Source: a virus. Taken from it: a stretch of 64,000 nt of DNA. The translations under genes and the position numbers were made by a program. The first letter of the stretch is position 1, and every line of letters begins with the position of its first letter. The stretch covers positions 20,468 through 84,467 of IMG/VR virus record IMGVR_UViG_3300037840_000216; one strand, given 5' to 3'. A model generated the notes under the pieces. The model was not told where the DNA came from and made no database searches. It saw only the letters and a list, made by a program, of their open reading frames with translations. Shown here one piece after another: positions 27,503 to 38,290 of the stretch.

Positions 27503-29437
27503 CTAAGGCGCTACGTTCCGCCCGATGCGCAGGTTCCTAACCTCGATGCTGTAAGGAAACGTCAAGCCCCCCGGTTTGCGCGCGAATTCGAAGCGCAAGA
27601 AGCGCGTGTAGATCATGGCTCCCAGAGACGTGCCGACGTTGAGCGTGACCAGGGTCCACTGGTTGACGTTGTGGGCGTCGTAGGACAGGCTGAGGGTAGA
27701 TGGAGCATCCACTTCGCTCTGGATGGTGACGGGAATGAAGCGCTTGTCGGGAGCCGCGTCGAGCAGGTCGTAGTCCACGCCGATGGTGAACGGCTTTTGG
27801 GTCGCTTCGAACGTGATGAAGTTGACAGCCTGGACCGTACCGAAGTCGATCTCCAGGAAGTCGGTACCTTCGAGGCGCTCGTTCGAGGACCAGAACGGAG
27901 CCGTTTCCGGTGGGGCTCCATGGATCTCGGTGAGCGTCTGATAGACCGCAGGGTAGACAGAGTTGACCAGCGGTTCTGGTCCGACCTTGGTGGTCAAGAG
28001 TTCTGGTGGGTTGACCGCCGCGTCGAGCGCGGTGAATTCCTCCAACGGGCTCTGGAAGGTGGCGAGGAACGGGTACTGTGCCTGCTGTTCCTTCGAGAAC
28101 GGGCCGACGTGTTCGTCCGGTGCGTTATCTTCGGTGTAGGCGGTGGCTGCTGGAATGTTGTGGAAGTTAACGTAGTTGGCATGCCCACCGTCAAGCGCCA
28201 TCGGTGCCTCGTTCTCGACGCCTGGTTCGATCCAGGTGGTCGAGCTAACCGGAGGCCACGGGAGCCCTCGCTTGCCAGTGACGTAGCGTAGAACCTGAAT
28301 GAATTCGGAGTCGGCGAAAACTTCGCTCGGGATCTGACGTTTGGTCGTGCCAGGTGCTTTGCCTGGTGTCAGGATCGCGGTAACCGGCTTGATATTGTCG
28401 ATGGCGACCTGAGCGAAGTACCAGTCTTCGGTCGGGATCACCGCGTCCTCGCCGTCTGCGCTCACGCCGACTTGTTCGACGGTCACTTCGACCTCGCACA
28501 GTTTTTCTTCATCGTCGGCGAGGAGGTTCTTCGTGACAAGGAACTGCGGCATGGGCCTGTCGGCCAGTTCACCAGTGAAGCTGATAACCAATGGGTTGCC
28601 AGGGAAGGGTCCACCTGTAACCGATACGTTGCGATCCCCTATGACCGGAACGAGTTCGAGCGCTTCGGTCAGTTGGCCAAAGTCTACGTCGAAGGGTAGC
28701 GGCGCGGTAGTAGTGGTGTTCTGGACTTCTTCTTTGCCGCCGCCCGGACCCAACGGCATTGTGAGTTGGAAGGTCCCTTCGATGGGGTTACCTTCCTCTA
28801 CGGAGATCGTCTGCTGTGCGCTCTGAGGGTGCTCCTGGCGAGGCAGGAGGATGATCTCCTCGGTGGAGTGGGTCAGGCCGATGCGCTGGATGCCCTGCGG
28901 GTCGTCGGAGTACTGGTCGTATAGCGCGTGATAGTTCTCCACGATTTCGACATCCCGGTTGAGTGCGGACTTGGCAGCAAGCTCGATCCCGAGGATCGTA
29001 CCTCCGGCACGGACGGCCTTAAGGTAGTTGATCGCGCGGTTCTTGTAGGACGAGTCGGATTCACGGATGGCCTCTGCTTGTTCGTGATCGAGCAGTCCTT
29101 CCGTGTCATCAGTGTATGTCTCGAACGCCAGGCGGGCGAAGGAGAACGGTTCCGCGTAGAAAGAATCAAGTTCAGTTGTGCGTAGGCCGTTGTTTTCCAC
29201 GTTCAGGCGAGCGATGAGGTAGTTCTGCTTGAGGGTGCCGAGGCCAGCCGGACCAAGCAGAGCGTACATGAGCGCGACCAGGTTCGAGTCGAGCGACTTG
29301 TTGTACAGCGATTCCGGGAAGGCATCGAGGTAGCTGACGGGATGTTTCGGTCCGCCCAGAGGCTCAATGAATACCTGCTGGTTGATGACCGTCGTAATGT
29401 CAGGTGTTTCAACTGTTGTGCCGATGGGTTCAGCCAT
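27503..29437 (-). CDS. Baseplate wedge protein
   Basis: Follows baseplate J; LD.FY, GGT..GI..A motif. Confidence 0.7.
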   Translation of the reverse strand: MAEPIGTTVETPDITTVINQQVFIEPLGGPKHPVSYLDAFPESLYNKSLDSNLVALMYALLGPAGLGTLKQNYLIARLNVENNGLRTTELDSFYAEPFSFARLAFETYTDDTEGLLDHEQAEAIRESDSSYKNRAINYLKAVRAGGTILGIELAAKSALNRDVEIVENYHALYDQYSDDPQGIQRIGLTHSTEEIILLPRQEHPQSAQQTISVEEGNPIEGTFQLTMPLGPGGGKEEVQNTTTTAPLPFDVDFGQLTEALELVPVIGDRNVSVTGGPFPGNPLVISFTGELADRPMPQFLVTKNLLADDEEKLCEVEVTVEQVGVSADGEDAVIPTEDWYFAQVAIDNIKPVTAILTPGKAPGTTKRQIPSEVFADSEFIQVLRYVTGKRGLPWPPVSSTTWIEPGVENEAPMALDGGHANYVNFHNIPAATAYTEDNAPDEHVGPFSKEQQAQYPFLATFQSPLEEFTALDAAVNPPELLTTKVGPEPLVNSVYPAVYQTLTEIHGAPPETAPFWSSNERLEGTDFLEIDFGTVQAVNFITFEATQKPFTIGVDYDLLDAAPDKRFIPVTIQSEVDAPSTLSLSYDAHNVNQWTLVTLNVGTSLGAMIYTRFLRFEFARKPGGLTFPYSIEVRNLRIGRNVAP

Positions 29438-29481
29438 TACGTTCCCCTTTGTTCCAGATCTGCTGCACTTCCTTGTTTCAT

Positions 29482-32166
29482 TTAGCTCTTCTCCCACACG
29501 TTCTGGGCGCGAGACTTGATGATCAGGCCCGGGACGGTATCTCCTTCCTGCATCCCAGTCGGCAGCGCAGGAAGCTCGTCGTCGCGCAGGAAGAAGTCAG
29601 AGTCGAAGGTGTATTCTCCACCGGCCAGCGGTTTGTCCAACGGGTCAGCCGGGTAGATCACGGTCGGGAGAACTCGTTTGCCGGTGGCTGCGTACGTAAT
29701 GCGGAAGGAGCGGATCGGTTCGGTGACGCCCACGTTCGAGCGTTTGTCCTCGGTGACGGTGACGGTCGCAGCGCCCAAGACTTTGTTGATTTCTTCCTCC
29801 AGCTTAGCTGCCGTTGTGCCTTCTTCGATGGGCTCAATTTCTTCCGTTTTTTCGGAGCCCCCTTTTCCGTACACAAGCTGGTAGGCTCCACGTTCCGGGT
29901 TGCCGACAACGTAGAGAGCTTGGATCTCTTCGTTGGGGGTGTTGCCCCACTGCACGCGGTCGAGGAAGACCCCCTCCAACGGCTTGCCGTGGATGTCAGT
30001 CTGCTGCACGCGAACGAGGTTGGGATCGTTTGGTACATCGTTGGACCAACGCACATTCTGCACGCCTGCGACGTTGTGGATCTGCGCGAGCAGATCGGAG
30101 AGGCGTACGACGTTGCCGAAGGACTGGTTGGCGAAGAACTGCGAGATCGCTTCCTGGATGGCATTGTTCACCGTGGACGGCGTAGCCTGCGGTGAGTAGA
30201 CTACGGTGATGTTGAGCTTGAAGTAGCGGATCTTGGCACGGTGGGCGAGCACGTCGGTGGTGACCTGACGGTTGGCCTCTAGCGCAGCTTGGAGGTCTTC
30301 GATGTTCTGGTCGTAGAAGTACGGTTCGACTTCAACGAGTTCCGGGCTTTCGTGTTCGGCGAACGTTTTGCCGGTGTACACAGGCTCTTCTTTTTCAGGT
30401 GTCGGCACGCCTTCTCCGGCTCCGCCTTTGTCTCCCTTGATGGTGGCGCTCCACTCGATGCCATCGCGTGCTCGCACGGTGCCGAAGTAGGTTGACGTGT
30501 CATGTACAAGCCAGTAGTGGACCCCGAGATAGTATTTGTCCGACCCGATGTTGATCTGGCCAGGGATCTTCAGGACGGGCTCGGCAAAGAGGGTGGTAAG
30601 AATGTTGCCTTCGAGCGGGCGCTTGGTCGGGTTCCCGTCGCGGCGGTAGTTCTCGTAGTAGTACATGCTCGTCGGGTCGTCCACGAACTCTTGGGCGCTA
30701 CCCGAGAGCAGGCAAGAGAAGATCGTGCTCGTGGACTGTTCGTTTGTACCGTCGATGTAGATATCGACTGCGTTGGTGACGTTGTGCAGAATGCTATTGC
30801 GTGAGGCCGCTGATGTGTAGGCGTATTCGAAGAGCACGATGTCTTCTGGTGAGAGGGCGGCGATAGCCCCTGGTTCTGCACCGAGGAAGACGTTGATGAA
30901 GGTGACGTTTGGCTGGTTTTTGCCGGTGATGCTCGTGCGGGGGTCCGGGCCTACACCGTCGATCATCGCGCGTAGGGTGTCGCCCTGTAGCAGCGGCGGG
31001 TAATTGAAGTTGAAGTCCACGTCTTCGCGAAAGAAGAATTTACTGATGCCCGACGTGATGTCCGAGACAAAGACCGGCAGCCCTTTCCAAATTTCCTTAG
31101 CGAACGGATTGGTCGAGAGAGCGGTCGTCCACTTGTTGTGGAGCGTTTCGCGTACCGCTTCGGGGTCGCCGATAAAGACCCATCCGTCTACGACTTCGCT
31201 CGACAGCGCTTTCGAGATTTCGATTTCGGTCGGGGACAGGATGCCGATGACCGTGCCGGATGAGGCTAGGGTCGGGCTGTCTTCTGATTTGTAGACCTCG
31301 ACCGGGACGCCCGTTTCGATCCCGATGGTGGACGGGATCGTTACGATTTTGCTGAAGTTCGCGCCAGAGCCACGCACCATGAACGGGGATGGATAGCCGG
31401 GGTAGGATTCGCCGCCGCCGAAGGGGTAGAGGGTCGTGTCGTCCTGGAAGGGGACCTGGATATACTCCTGGTATTTGGAGATCGGCCCGATGACGTTCGC
31501 CTTGGTGCTAAAGGCGGTCGCCACAGAGAGTGCGAGGAACTGATCTTCAGTGCCCGCAAGGTTCCTGAAGACGGTGTTCTTGAAGCGCGTCTTGAGACTG
31601 TTGTCGTCTTCCTGGTCGGTACCCCCGGTCGTCGCAGCGGGGTTGGTGACGGCGGTGATACCGAGGACCGGCGCAAAGGACATGATCGTAACGGCTTCAG
31701 CTGGGACGTTGCCGATGGAGCCAGGGCTTTTTGCCTTGATCGGGACGAGTTCCGTTTCGGTTTCGCCAGCGTGCAACGTGATGGATGAGGTCGTGACGAA
31801 TTCAGGCAGAATGCCATCGGTTGCCGTCGAGACGTGGGACTTGAGAATAATTCCTGAGGGAATGACGATATTCGTGGGTGACGGTGTGTTGCGCGAGAAC
31901 TTGACGAAGCCTGTGGCGTTTGTGGCCACCTGGCGTTCGAAGCCGAAGAGCGCCATGAAGTTAGTCAGGTTCGCCCCGAACTTGCTGTCCACGTTCAGCG
32001 CTTCGGCGAGGCCGATCAGGTCGATGGAGCTTTCCGCTAGCGCTCCGGCCACGGTGTCCAGGATGAGACGCTCCGGCGTACCGACTTCAGCGGAGATCGT
32101 AGGCTTGAGCAGCCGAAGCTGCGCCACCATCTGTTCCGCGATCTGGGTCTGACTGAGGGCTGCCAT
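29482..32166 (-). CDS. Baseplate J-like protein
   Basis: G..L.....FG..R..AT.ATG.V.F, G..GNVPA, VTNP....GG.D.E.D..L..R. Confidence 0.9.
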   Translation of the reverse strand: MAALSQTQIAEQMVAQLRLLKPTISAEVGTPERLILDTVAGALAESSIDLIGLAEALNVDSKFGANLTNFMALFGFERQVATNATGFVKFSRNTPSPTNIVIPSGIILKSHVSTATDGILPEFVTTSSITLHAGETETELVPIKAKSPGSIGNVPAEAVTIMSFAPVLGITAVTNPAATTGGTDQEDDNSLKTRFKNTVFRNLAGTEDQFLALSVATAFSTKANVIGPISKYQEYIQVPFQDDTTLYPFGGGESYPGYPSPFMVRGSGANFSKIVTIPSTIGIETGVPVEVYKSEDSPTLASSGTVIGILSPTEIEISKALSSEVVDGWVFIGDPEAVRETLHNKWTTALSTNPFAKEIWKGLPVFVSDITSGISKFFFREDVDFNFNYPPLLQGDTLRAMIDGVGPDPRTSITGKNQPNVTFINVFLGAEPGAIAALSPEDIVLFEYAYTSAASRNSILHNVTNAVDIYIDGTNEQSTSTIFSCLLSGSAQEFVDDPTSMYYYENYRRDGNPTKRPLEGNILTTLFAEPVLKIPGQINIGSDKYYLGVHYWLVHDTSTYFGTVRARDGIEWSATIKGDKGGAGEGVPTPEKEEPVYTGKTFAEHESPELVEVEPYFYDQNIEDLQAALEANRQVTTDVLAHRAKIRYFKLNITVVYSPQATPSTVNNAIQEAISQFFANQSFGNVVRLSDLLAQIHNVAGVQNVRWSNDVPNDPNLVRVQQTDIHGKPLEGVFLDRVQWGNTPNEEIQALYVVGNPERGAYQLVYGKGGSEKTEEIEPIEEGTTAAKLEEEINKVLGAATVTVTEDKRSNVGVTEPIRSFRITYAATGKRVLPTVIYPADPLDKPLAGGEYTFDSDFFLRDDELPALPTGMQEGDTVPGLIIKSRAQNVWEKS

Positions 32167-32618
32167 TAGGTGCTCATCGGGATGTTGAGTTCGATGCTAT
32201 CATTGCCGATTTCAAGTTGGAGCGTGCAGAGCAGGTGGTCTTCTGCCTGCACGAACTTGATGCTCAAGACCTGGAGCAAGATCTCTCCGGGAGTGAGCGT
32301 TGGCTTGCCGAATCGTACGGCGTCAGATTCGTTACGTGCAATCTGCTGCGCCTGGTAGTTCTGGCACAAGCGCGTAAGCTCTGAGCGGATGAGGGCGGCG
32401 GCATGCTGGAAGTCTTTCGACCCAATGATCTGGACCTCCGGGTTGATTAGGTCTTCCTCCAGGATCGAGCCGAATTCAGGATGCAGTTCCTCGAACCCAA
32501 GGGGGGTCAGAATGGCGCACACAAGGTCCTGCTGGAGCTTCGCAGCGTCCACCACGGTACCGAGGGAAGTTCCGCTCAGCCCCAGGTCGCCGTTCTTGAG
32601 TGCAAGTGAGAAGCTCAT
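32166..32618 (-). CDS. Baseplate wedge subunit, gp25/GPW-like
   Basis: GDL, QDL...LTP.G....HPEFGS.L. Confidence 0.75.
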   Translation of the reverse strand: MSFSLALKNGDLGLSGTSLGTVVDAAKLQQDLVCAILTPLGFEELHPEFGSILEEDLINPEVQIIGSKDFQHAAALIRSELTRLCQNYQAQQIARNESDAVRFGKPTLTPGEILLQVLSIKFVQAEDHLLCTLQLEIGNDSIELNIPMST

Positions 32619-32689
32619 CGCCTTAGTCGTCCAGGTATTCGATTTCGCACTGTGAGCAAATATTCATCGCCTATTACCCCATCGTTTGC

Positions 32690-33535
32690 CTATAGCAACT
32701 TCGCCTGTTGACGTAGCTCTTGATGCCACTCGGGCTCTTGTTTGGGATTCGATCCAGTTTCGAGCCACTCGCGGTAGTCGTCCATGCGGTCCCGCTGATC
32801 AAGGCGCACACCAAAGTAGCTCTGACCATTGAACTCCTGCCAGTGAAACCCGCCCAGAGCCAGCACTCGCTGCGCGTGGGCATCTTCTGGCTCCGCCGTG
32901 ATGATCTTGACCCCGAGGGTACGCCACCAGGACGGCCTGCGGATCAGCGCTTGGTAGAAGCCTTGGCCTCGGTACTCGGGTTCCACTTCCAGCTTGTCAT
33001 AGTGGGCGCGTTCAGCATCAAGGTGCAGCCGGAGTCCAGCGACTCTCTTGCCTTGGTTCGTCCAGACGGTTTCAACCACGGTAGATCCCTCCGGGTGGAT
33101 GCGTTCTGCTACCGCCGCCTTCGTACCAGGAAAGGCGGTACTAAGATCCATGCGGTCGGCAAAAGCCGTTGCAGTGCCAGGTCCATGCAAAGCGTCGAGA
33201 TGCTCGCCGGTCCTCACATGAAAGTGGGCTTCGGGATCAACTTCTTCCTTGGCTTCTACCATGTTGAAGGCAAAGACTGTATTGCGGACCTCGTTGATGA
33301 TCGAGGCAAGCATCGATAGTGCTTCTTCTATTTCTTTAGTGCTTTTGGCTTTGCCCGCACTAGCCTGCGGAAACCATGGCACGCGCAGCCCGTTGGGTAC
33401 TTCGGTGACGGTGCCCTCCTTGTTCTGAAGGATGCGACCCGAGGACGCGGAGATAACAGCATCCCCTGGTTTCACCTGAGGGACTTTGACAAGGTTCCAA
33501 GGACCTTCGCCACCTGGTTCAGGGTTATTCGACAT
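32690..33535 (-). CDS. Hypothetical protein with C-terminal GNAT-like motif
   Basis: LEVEPEYRGQGFY resembles acetyl-CoA-binding motif A. Confidence 0.6.
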   Translation of the reverse strand: MSNNPEPGGEGPWNLVKVPQVKPGDAVISASSGRILQNKEGTVTEVPNGLRVPWFPQASAGKAKSTKEIEEALSMLASIINEVRNTVFAFNMVEAKEEVDPEAHFHVRTGEHLDALHGPGTATAFADRMDLSTAFPGTKAAVAERIHPEGSTVVETVWTNQGKRVAGLRLHLDAERAHYDKLEVEPEYRGQGFYQALIRRPSWWRTLGVKIITAEPEDAHAQRVLALGGFHWQEFNGQSYFGVRLDQRDRMDDYREWLETGSNPKQEPEWHQELRQQAKLL

Positions 33536-33543
33536 TAGCTGAT

Positions 33544-33858
33544 TTATTCTTGTAGTTCATAGTACTTACCCTTGTGTTTCACTATAGCGCCTGCAAGGTA
33601 TTCACCATCGGGTTTCCAGTCTTCGATGGCAGGGTCCTTCTGCTCGTAGACACCAGTGAGGTACCACGAACCGTTTTCTTCGGTAACCATCCACCGCTCG
33701 CCCGGCACGGGCCAACGAAACGTGGGCGAGTAGTGGTAGGAGTTGATGGAGATAACCTCGCCGTTACGTGTTTCCGCTTCGATGGTGTTCGTGATCGGTT
33801 CGCAGGTAAGGATCTTGACACCCTGTTTCAACTGCATGTTCATGTGGTCAGTGAGCAT
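33544..33858 (-). CDS. Small baseplate (spike-like) protein with C-terminal CBM5/12-like motif
   Basis: P.PGERW.V OB-fold-like motif; WKPDGEYLAGAIVKHKGKYYE. Confidence 0.6.
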   Translation of the reverse strand: MLTDHMNMQLKQGVKILTCEPITNTIEAETRNGEVISINSYHYSPTFRWPVPGERWMVTEENGSWYLTGVYEQKDPAIEDWKPDGEYLAGAIVKHKGKYYELQE

Positions 33859-33880
33859 TAGTGGGCCTGTCCGGTCGGCG

Positions 33881-36730
33881 TTAGGTGGACTTTGGTGGGT
33901 GGGCCGGTCGCGGTTTCGGAGCAGCAACGTTCTTGGCTCCTTCTTCTCGGACGGGCTCGATAAGAGCGTCCACCATGTTCGGCGGAAGCTGATCGTAGCC
34001 ACTGACGACGGGAGCTTTGCTGTTCGGATGCAGCACCGATGGCGCGATGAGCTTGGCCACCGTTGTGTAGCCGTTCGTGGTGTCCCAGTTGTGAACCACT
34101 TCTTCGATGAACATCTGGAGCCCGTGCTCAGGGAAGCCGACCTTGCCGCCAGGGAACAACTCGGGCATAAAGGTGAAGGTGAACGGAGTTTCGAACTGGC
34201 GGGACCAGCCGAGGAGGAACTGTTGGTAGGCGAGCAGGCACTCGTAGATTGTGCTGGTGACCAGAGGGTATTCTTCGCGTAGCACGCGAGGTCCGTAGCG
34301 CTTGAGGAATTCGACTGCCTCCTTGCTGTTCATGAGCGCAGAGACGCCGGGGCGCTTCAGGTTAATGCCTTCCTGTTCGAGGTTGAAGAGAATCCCTTCG
34401 GAGTCCATGGCTTCGAAGATCGTCATGACCCCGGCCTTTTGCTCGATCACCAACGGGTTGCTCTGCGGACTCGCCGGGTAGATCGGGTTGCCGAGGGAGA
34501 AGACGTGCGTGACGAGGTTTTCGTCGTTGAGATCGATGCCGCCATCGAGAACCTCGATGTCGTAGATCAGCCAGTAGGCGTCGTGGTGTCCGAATTCGCC
34601 GAAGTAGTCCGGGTAGAAGGCAAAGAAGTCACCGTTCGGTAGGGACTGGAAACTGCGCAGCGATGCCTGACAGACTTGCTGTACGAAGTTCATGAGTGGC
34701 TTCGCATTCATGAGCGCCTTCTGCCCGCCAAAGAGGAACGCCTCGGCTCGTTCCTCGGCGCTCGGGAGACTGATGTTGGAAGCAAATGCCGCCGCCGTGG
34801 CCTGGCTCAGGATCGATCCTTCAGGCGAGCCCTTGCCCACGTTGCCCGGTCCTCCGGTTTCTCCTTCGGTACCTGCGAGCGCCGGAGCAGGTTCACCCGT
34901 GTAGGGTTCTTCGAGTTCGGCAGTCTTTAGGTGCAGTGATTCGTACTGGCCTTCTGCTGACGGCCACTTCGTCGGGTCTTCGCTGCCCCATCCTGCGCCG
35001 CCCTTCGGATTATTGTTCCAGCCCGTGCTGAAGTAGCGCCCGTTGATCGTCATCCACTCGTGCGATGAGTTCCAGTAGACCGAGACGCCGTTGCCTTTGG
35101 CAGGCGCAGGACCCGGTTCACCGATGCGCCCGTAGACGTGGCCCATTTCGCCGGAGGTCCCGAAAGACGAGCCGGTCGGTACGAAGCCTCCTGCTGCAAG
35201 GACGGCCATGACGGAGCCGGAGCAGTCGAAACCGTTGACCAGCGCACCGCCTGACTCGGTTTCTGTGCCCATACTCGGGGTACCGACGTGGGGGTGCCCG
35301 CCACCGAACGAGTAGGGGTAGTTCTTATTGCTGATTTCAGAAGCGCGGGTGATCATCGCTTCAAGGCGGGAGGTCTGTCCGCTACCGGACTTGCCTTTAC
35401 CTTCGGTCGAGTTGCGCTGTGTTTCTTCTGGTTCTTCTGGGCCGCCCTTGAGCGGAGCACCACCTTCCTTCGGCGGATACTGCGTCACGAGGCGCTTGGC
35501 CTTGGCGAGGTTGGTGGTCCAGTTCGCCTTGTAGGCTTCCTTACCAGGCTGCTGCGTCGTGGTCGCCCATTCTTCCCAGTTACCTTCAGTCTTCAGGTTC
35601 GGTTTTTCGACAGCGCGCATGACCGCTGCCTTGCAGAACGCTTCCGTCGCCTTGCCCGTGTCGCGAGCGTCTTCTGGGTAGTTCACTTTGATGCCGGGGT
35701 ACGGTTCGTCCGACGTGAACTGGAACCAGCCCGTGGCGTTAGCACTGTTGGTTCCTTCGATCTCACTCTGGTTGAAACCCTCCTCGCACAGAGCCGTGCA
35801 GATGACGAACTCGGGCGGTAGGTTCTGCCGGGTCGCACAGCGCGTCATCGTTTCCACGATTTCCTTGACGTTGCTCAGGTTGCCAGTCGGTTCGCCTTTG
35901 CCTTCACCACCGCCTGGTCCTCCGCCCTGGCCGTGCGAGCTAGTGCCAATGGCTGCGGCCCAGAACTTATTGATGCCTTCCTGTGCCGCTTTGTCGTTCT
36001 GTTCGAAATCATTCCACAGCTTGTTGATCAGCTTGGGCACCGATGCTGGGACGTTCTCGATCCAAATCTTCTCGTCCTGCCAGTCGCCGACGAAGAAGAG
36101 GATGGCCCAGAGTAGGTTGGCAAACGACCCGTCGTTGGACGAGTACTTGCCATCTTTTTCGAGTCCAAAGGGAACGCCGTTAGAGCTTTTCTGGAAACCT
36201 TCCTGTCCGGCCTTCGCCTTCCATTCGACCTCTTCCACGCCTTCTTCTTGGGCCGCCTGTCCACCGATGCCAGCCGTCTCTCCTAGCGGGCCGATACCAG
36301 CTTCGCCGGTCCCCGTGGGGATACCCTGAATCCACCCGAAGTGCTTGAGTAGCGCGAGCGTGTACGGCTGTGCAAGCTGGTACCAGGTGTAGAGCAGTTT
36401 CTTGAGCGTGCAGGACGCTTCAAGCGTGATCGGGCCAGGGCGGAACTGGTAGTACGGTGTCTTGTCGAGGAAGCCCGTGAAGACCTGGACCGGGTGGCCA
36501 GGGGTGCGCTCCAGGAAGATGGTAATCGGGTCCATCGGATGAAAGGCGGCTTCGCCCGGTCGCGTGAAGATGCGGTCGGGGTTGCGCAGCGTAAGTTTTG
36601 CCGTGGACACCTGGTTGAGCAAACGCTTGACTTCTCCGGCCACTACGTATTCGGAGATGTCCATGATTTCTTCGCGCGTGTTCTTGATGTACACGTATGC
36701 CTTCGGGCTATATACGAGGCGCTCTGCCAT
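33881..36730 (-). CDS. Baseplate hub / tail-associated cell-wall hydrolase (NlpC/P60 domain)
   Basis: N-terminal hub fold; YSFGGG...GFDCSGSV...HEW NlpC/P60; lysozyme-like segment; C-terminal FMPELFPG. Confidence 0.85.
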   Translation of the reverse strand: MAERLVYSPKAYVYIKNTREEIMDISEYVVAGEVKRLLNQVSTAKLTLRNPDRIFTRPGEAAFHPMDPITIFLERTPGHPVQVFTGFLDKTPYYQFRPGPITLEASCTLKKLLYTWYQLAQPYTLALLKHFGWIQGIPTGTGEAGIGPLGETAGIGGQAAQEEGVEEVEWKAKAGQEGFQKSSNGVPFGLEKDGKYSSNDGSFANLLWAILFFVGDWQDEKIWIENVPASVPKLINKLWNDFEQNDKAAQEGINKFWAAAIGTSSHGQGGGPGGGEGKGEPTGNLSNVKEIVETMTRCATRQNLPPEFVICTALCEEGFNQSEIEGTNSANATGWFQFTSDEPYPGIKVNYPEDARDTGKATEAFCKAAVMRAVEKPNLKTEGNWEEWATTTQQPGKEAYKANWTTNLAKAKRLVTQYPPKEGGAPLKGGPEEPEETQRNSTEGKGKSGSGQTSRLEAMITRASEISNKNYPYSFGGGHPHVGTPSMGTETESGGALVNGFDCSGSVMAVLAAGGFVPTGSSFGTSGEMGHVYGRIGEPGPAPAKGNGVSVYWNSSHEWMTINGRYFSTGWNNNPKGGAGWGSEDPTKWPSAEGQYESLHLKTAELEEPYTGEPAPALAGTEGETGGPGNVGKGSPEGSILSQATAAAFASNISLPSAEERAEAFLFGGQKALMNAKPLMNFVQQVCQASLRSFQSLPNGDFFAFYPDYFGEFGHHDAYWLIYDIEVLDGGIDLNDENLVTHVFSLGNPIYPASPQSNPLVIEQKAGVMTIFEAMDSEGILFNLEQEGINLKRPGVSALMNSKEAVEFLKRYGPRVLREEYPLVTSTIYECLLAYQQFLLGWSRQFETPFTFTFMPELFPGGKVGFPEHGLQMFIEEVVHNWDTTNGYTTVAKLIAPSVLHPNSKAPVVSGYDQLPPNMVDALIEPVREEGAKNVAAPKPRPAHPPKST

Positions 36731-37503
36731 TAGCCAAACGGACCTCCTCCGGGGAGTGGCGGGATGAGTTCGTTGGGTTCTTCAGGTTCGCTCGGCTGTG
36801 CCGGAGGTGTGCTGGTTGGCTTAGAGTTCTTGGCCGTTTCTTCTTGGAAGACCGGCACGAACGGAGTCGTGAGTCCCTGAAGGATGCTGATCCAGCTTGC
36901 CTGCTCGTTTTCGTAGACGCTCGCTTCGACATCTTCGTAGAGGCCCTCGAAGGAGCGCGCGACCGTGAACGGAAATTCGAAGATCGGTGCGTATTCTCCT
37001 GCCTTGTACCGGCGCTGGATGCGCGGCGCGAATCCCTGCACACAGGTTCGTTTGTGCGGACCTCTCATGATCGGATTGTTGAGTTTAAAGCCTCCACCCT
37101 TGACCTCTAGCTGCGTCGTGTTGTTCGCTGCGTTCTTGACGGCTCGCACTTGTGCCTGGTGAATGAACTCAACAAGCACTCCGTAGTCCCCCTGGTCAAG
37201 GCATTGAGCTTTGATTTTGAGCGACGGCAAGATGATGTTGTTGGCGTAGAAGTCGCGCGTTAGACGGCCCTGCGATGTGTTACCGCTAAGTCCGAGATCG
37301 AGGGTCATCTCCGATACGAAGAATTCGACCTTGTGCTCGCCATCGCAGAGGATCGCGTTGGCGCGTTCGAACGCGGCTTTGCGTCGAGCTTCGCTAATGC
37401 GCGTAGCCCGAATGTCGTACGCTTGCTGCGTCTCGGGAACGACCCCGGCTTCCGACGTAGGCACGTAAACTGGAAGCGCAGCGCTGTTGTATTCAGATGG
37501 CAT
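36730..37503 (-). CDS. Tail/baseplate protein
   Basis: TAATG coupling within the tail operon. Confidence 0.65.
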   Translation of the reverse strand: MPSEYNSAALPVYVPTSEAGVVPETQQAYDIRATRISEARRKAAFERANAILCDGEHKVEFFVSEMTLDLGLSGNTSQGRLTRDFYANNIILPSLKIKAQCLDQGDYGVLVEFIHQAQVRAVKNAANNTTQLEVKGGGFKLNNPIMRGPHKRTCVQGFAPRIQRRYKAGEYAPIFEFPFTVARSFEGLYEDVEASVYENEQASWISILQGLTTPFVPVFQEETAKNSKPTSTPPAQPSEPEEPNELIPPLPGGGPFG

Positions 37504-38288
37504 TACGCCTTCTTCGTTTCGTTGGTCTTGACCGTGGAGCCCGGTAGCGTTTCTTCACTCTCTTTGCCGCCACCTTCGTTGCCGAAGTTCGGCTTGGCTC
37601 CTATGGCTGTCTCGGTTTCGAAGAAGCTGTCGTTGAGGTACGACGGCAACAGTGAGTTGTAGTAGTCGCCGATCTTGGTGACACCTTCCGCTGCTTGCTT
37701 GGCTGTCGCCGCCACGAATTCGTCGCCAAGGAACGTGCCGGGGGCGATGAACGGGTTCTGTCCGGGGTCGCCGGACTCCGGGGAGATGAGCCCTTTGAGA
37801 CTGAACTGTTCTTTGTTGACCAGTTCTTGTGTGATGAGATCCTTCAGCTTGGACACGTCCGGCGTTTTGTCAACGACGTGCGCCTTTAGGCTCCATTTTG
37901 GAGCAACCAACTCGGTAGCGTATGTGAAGCCAGGCGCTTCCTTTGGCTGGATTTCGAAGACCCATCCTCGGTGACCGTATTCCATGATCATCGGGATCTG
38001 TGTGTATTTGTCCTGGTCGGCTGCCTCGCTGCCCTGTGTGGCTACGGTGAAGTACTTCATGAAGAACGAGTAGATCGCCTCCGTCTCTTCGTACGTGTGC
38101 GCGGTGCCTTCGACTTCAAGGTCATCGATGTAGACGCTGAGGATCTGCACGACTTCGCCGCCGTAGGTCGGGAACGACGCGGTGTTGAGCGCGTACGCCC
38201 AGGCGATTTCATCGATGCCCGTCGTGACGATCAACGGCACACCGTTGTTCACTAGCTCGTGGTGGAAGAGAAGCTGTGTTGCAGACAT
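37503..38288 (-). CDS. Tail tube initiator-like / minor tail protein
   Basis: TYGGEVVQILS motif; position after the tape measure gene. Confidence 0.6.
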   Translation of the reverse strand: MSATQLLFHHELVNNGVPLIVTTGIDEIAWAYALNTASFPTYGGEVVQILSVYIDDLEVEGTAHTYEETEAIYSFFMKYFTVATQGSEAADQDKYTQIPMIMEYGHRGWVFEIQPKEAPGFTYATELVAPKWSLKAHVVDKTPDVSKLKDLITQELVNKEQFSLKGLISPESGDPGQNPFIAPGTFLGDEFVAATAKQAAEGVTKIGDYYNSLLPSYLNDSFFETETAIGAKPNFGNEGGGKESEETLPGSTVKTNETKKA

Positions 38289-38290
38289 CT

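Noticed and set aside
25619-36329. Long + strand ORFs opposite tail genes (e.g. 25619-26608, 27389-28291, 29404-30195, 35688-36329)
   Set aside because: Antisense shadows typical of GC-rich coding DNA; no motifs or RBS.
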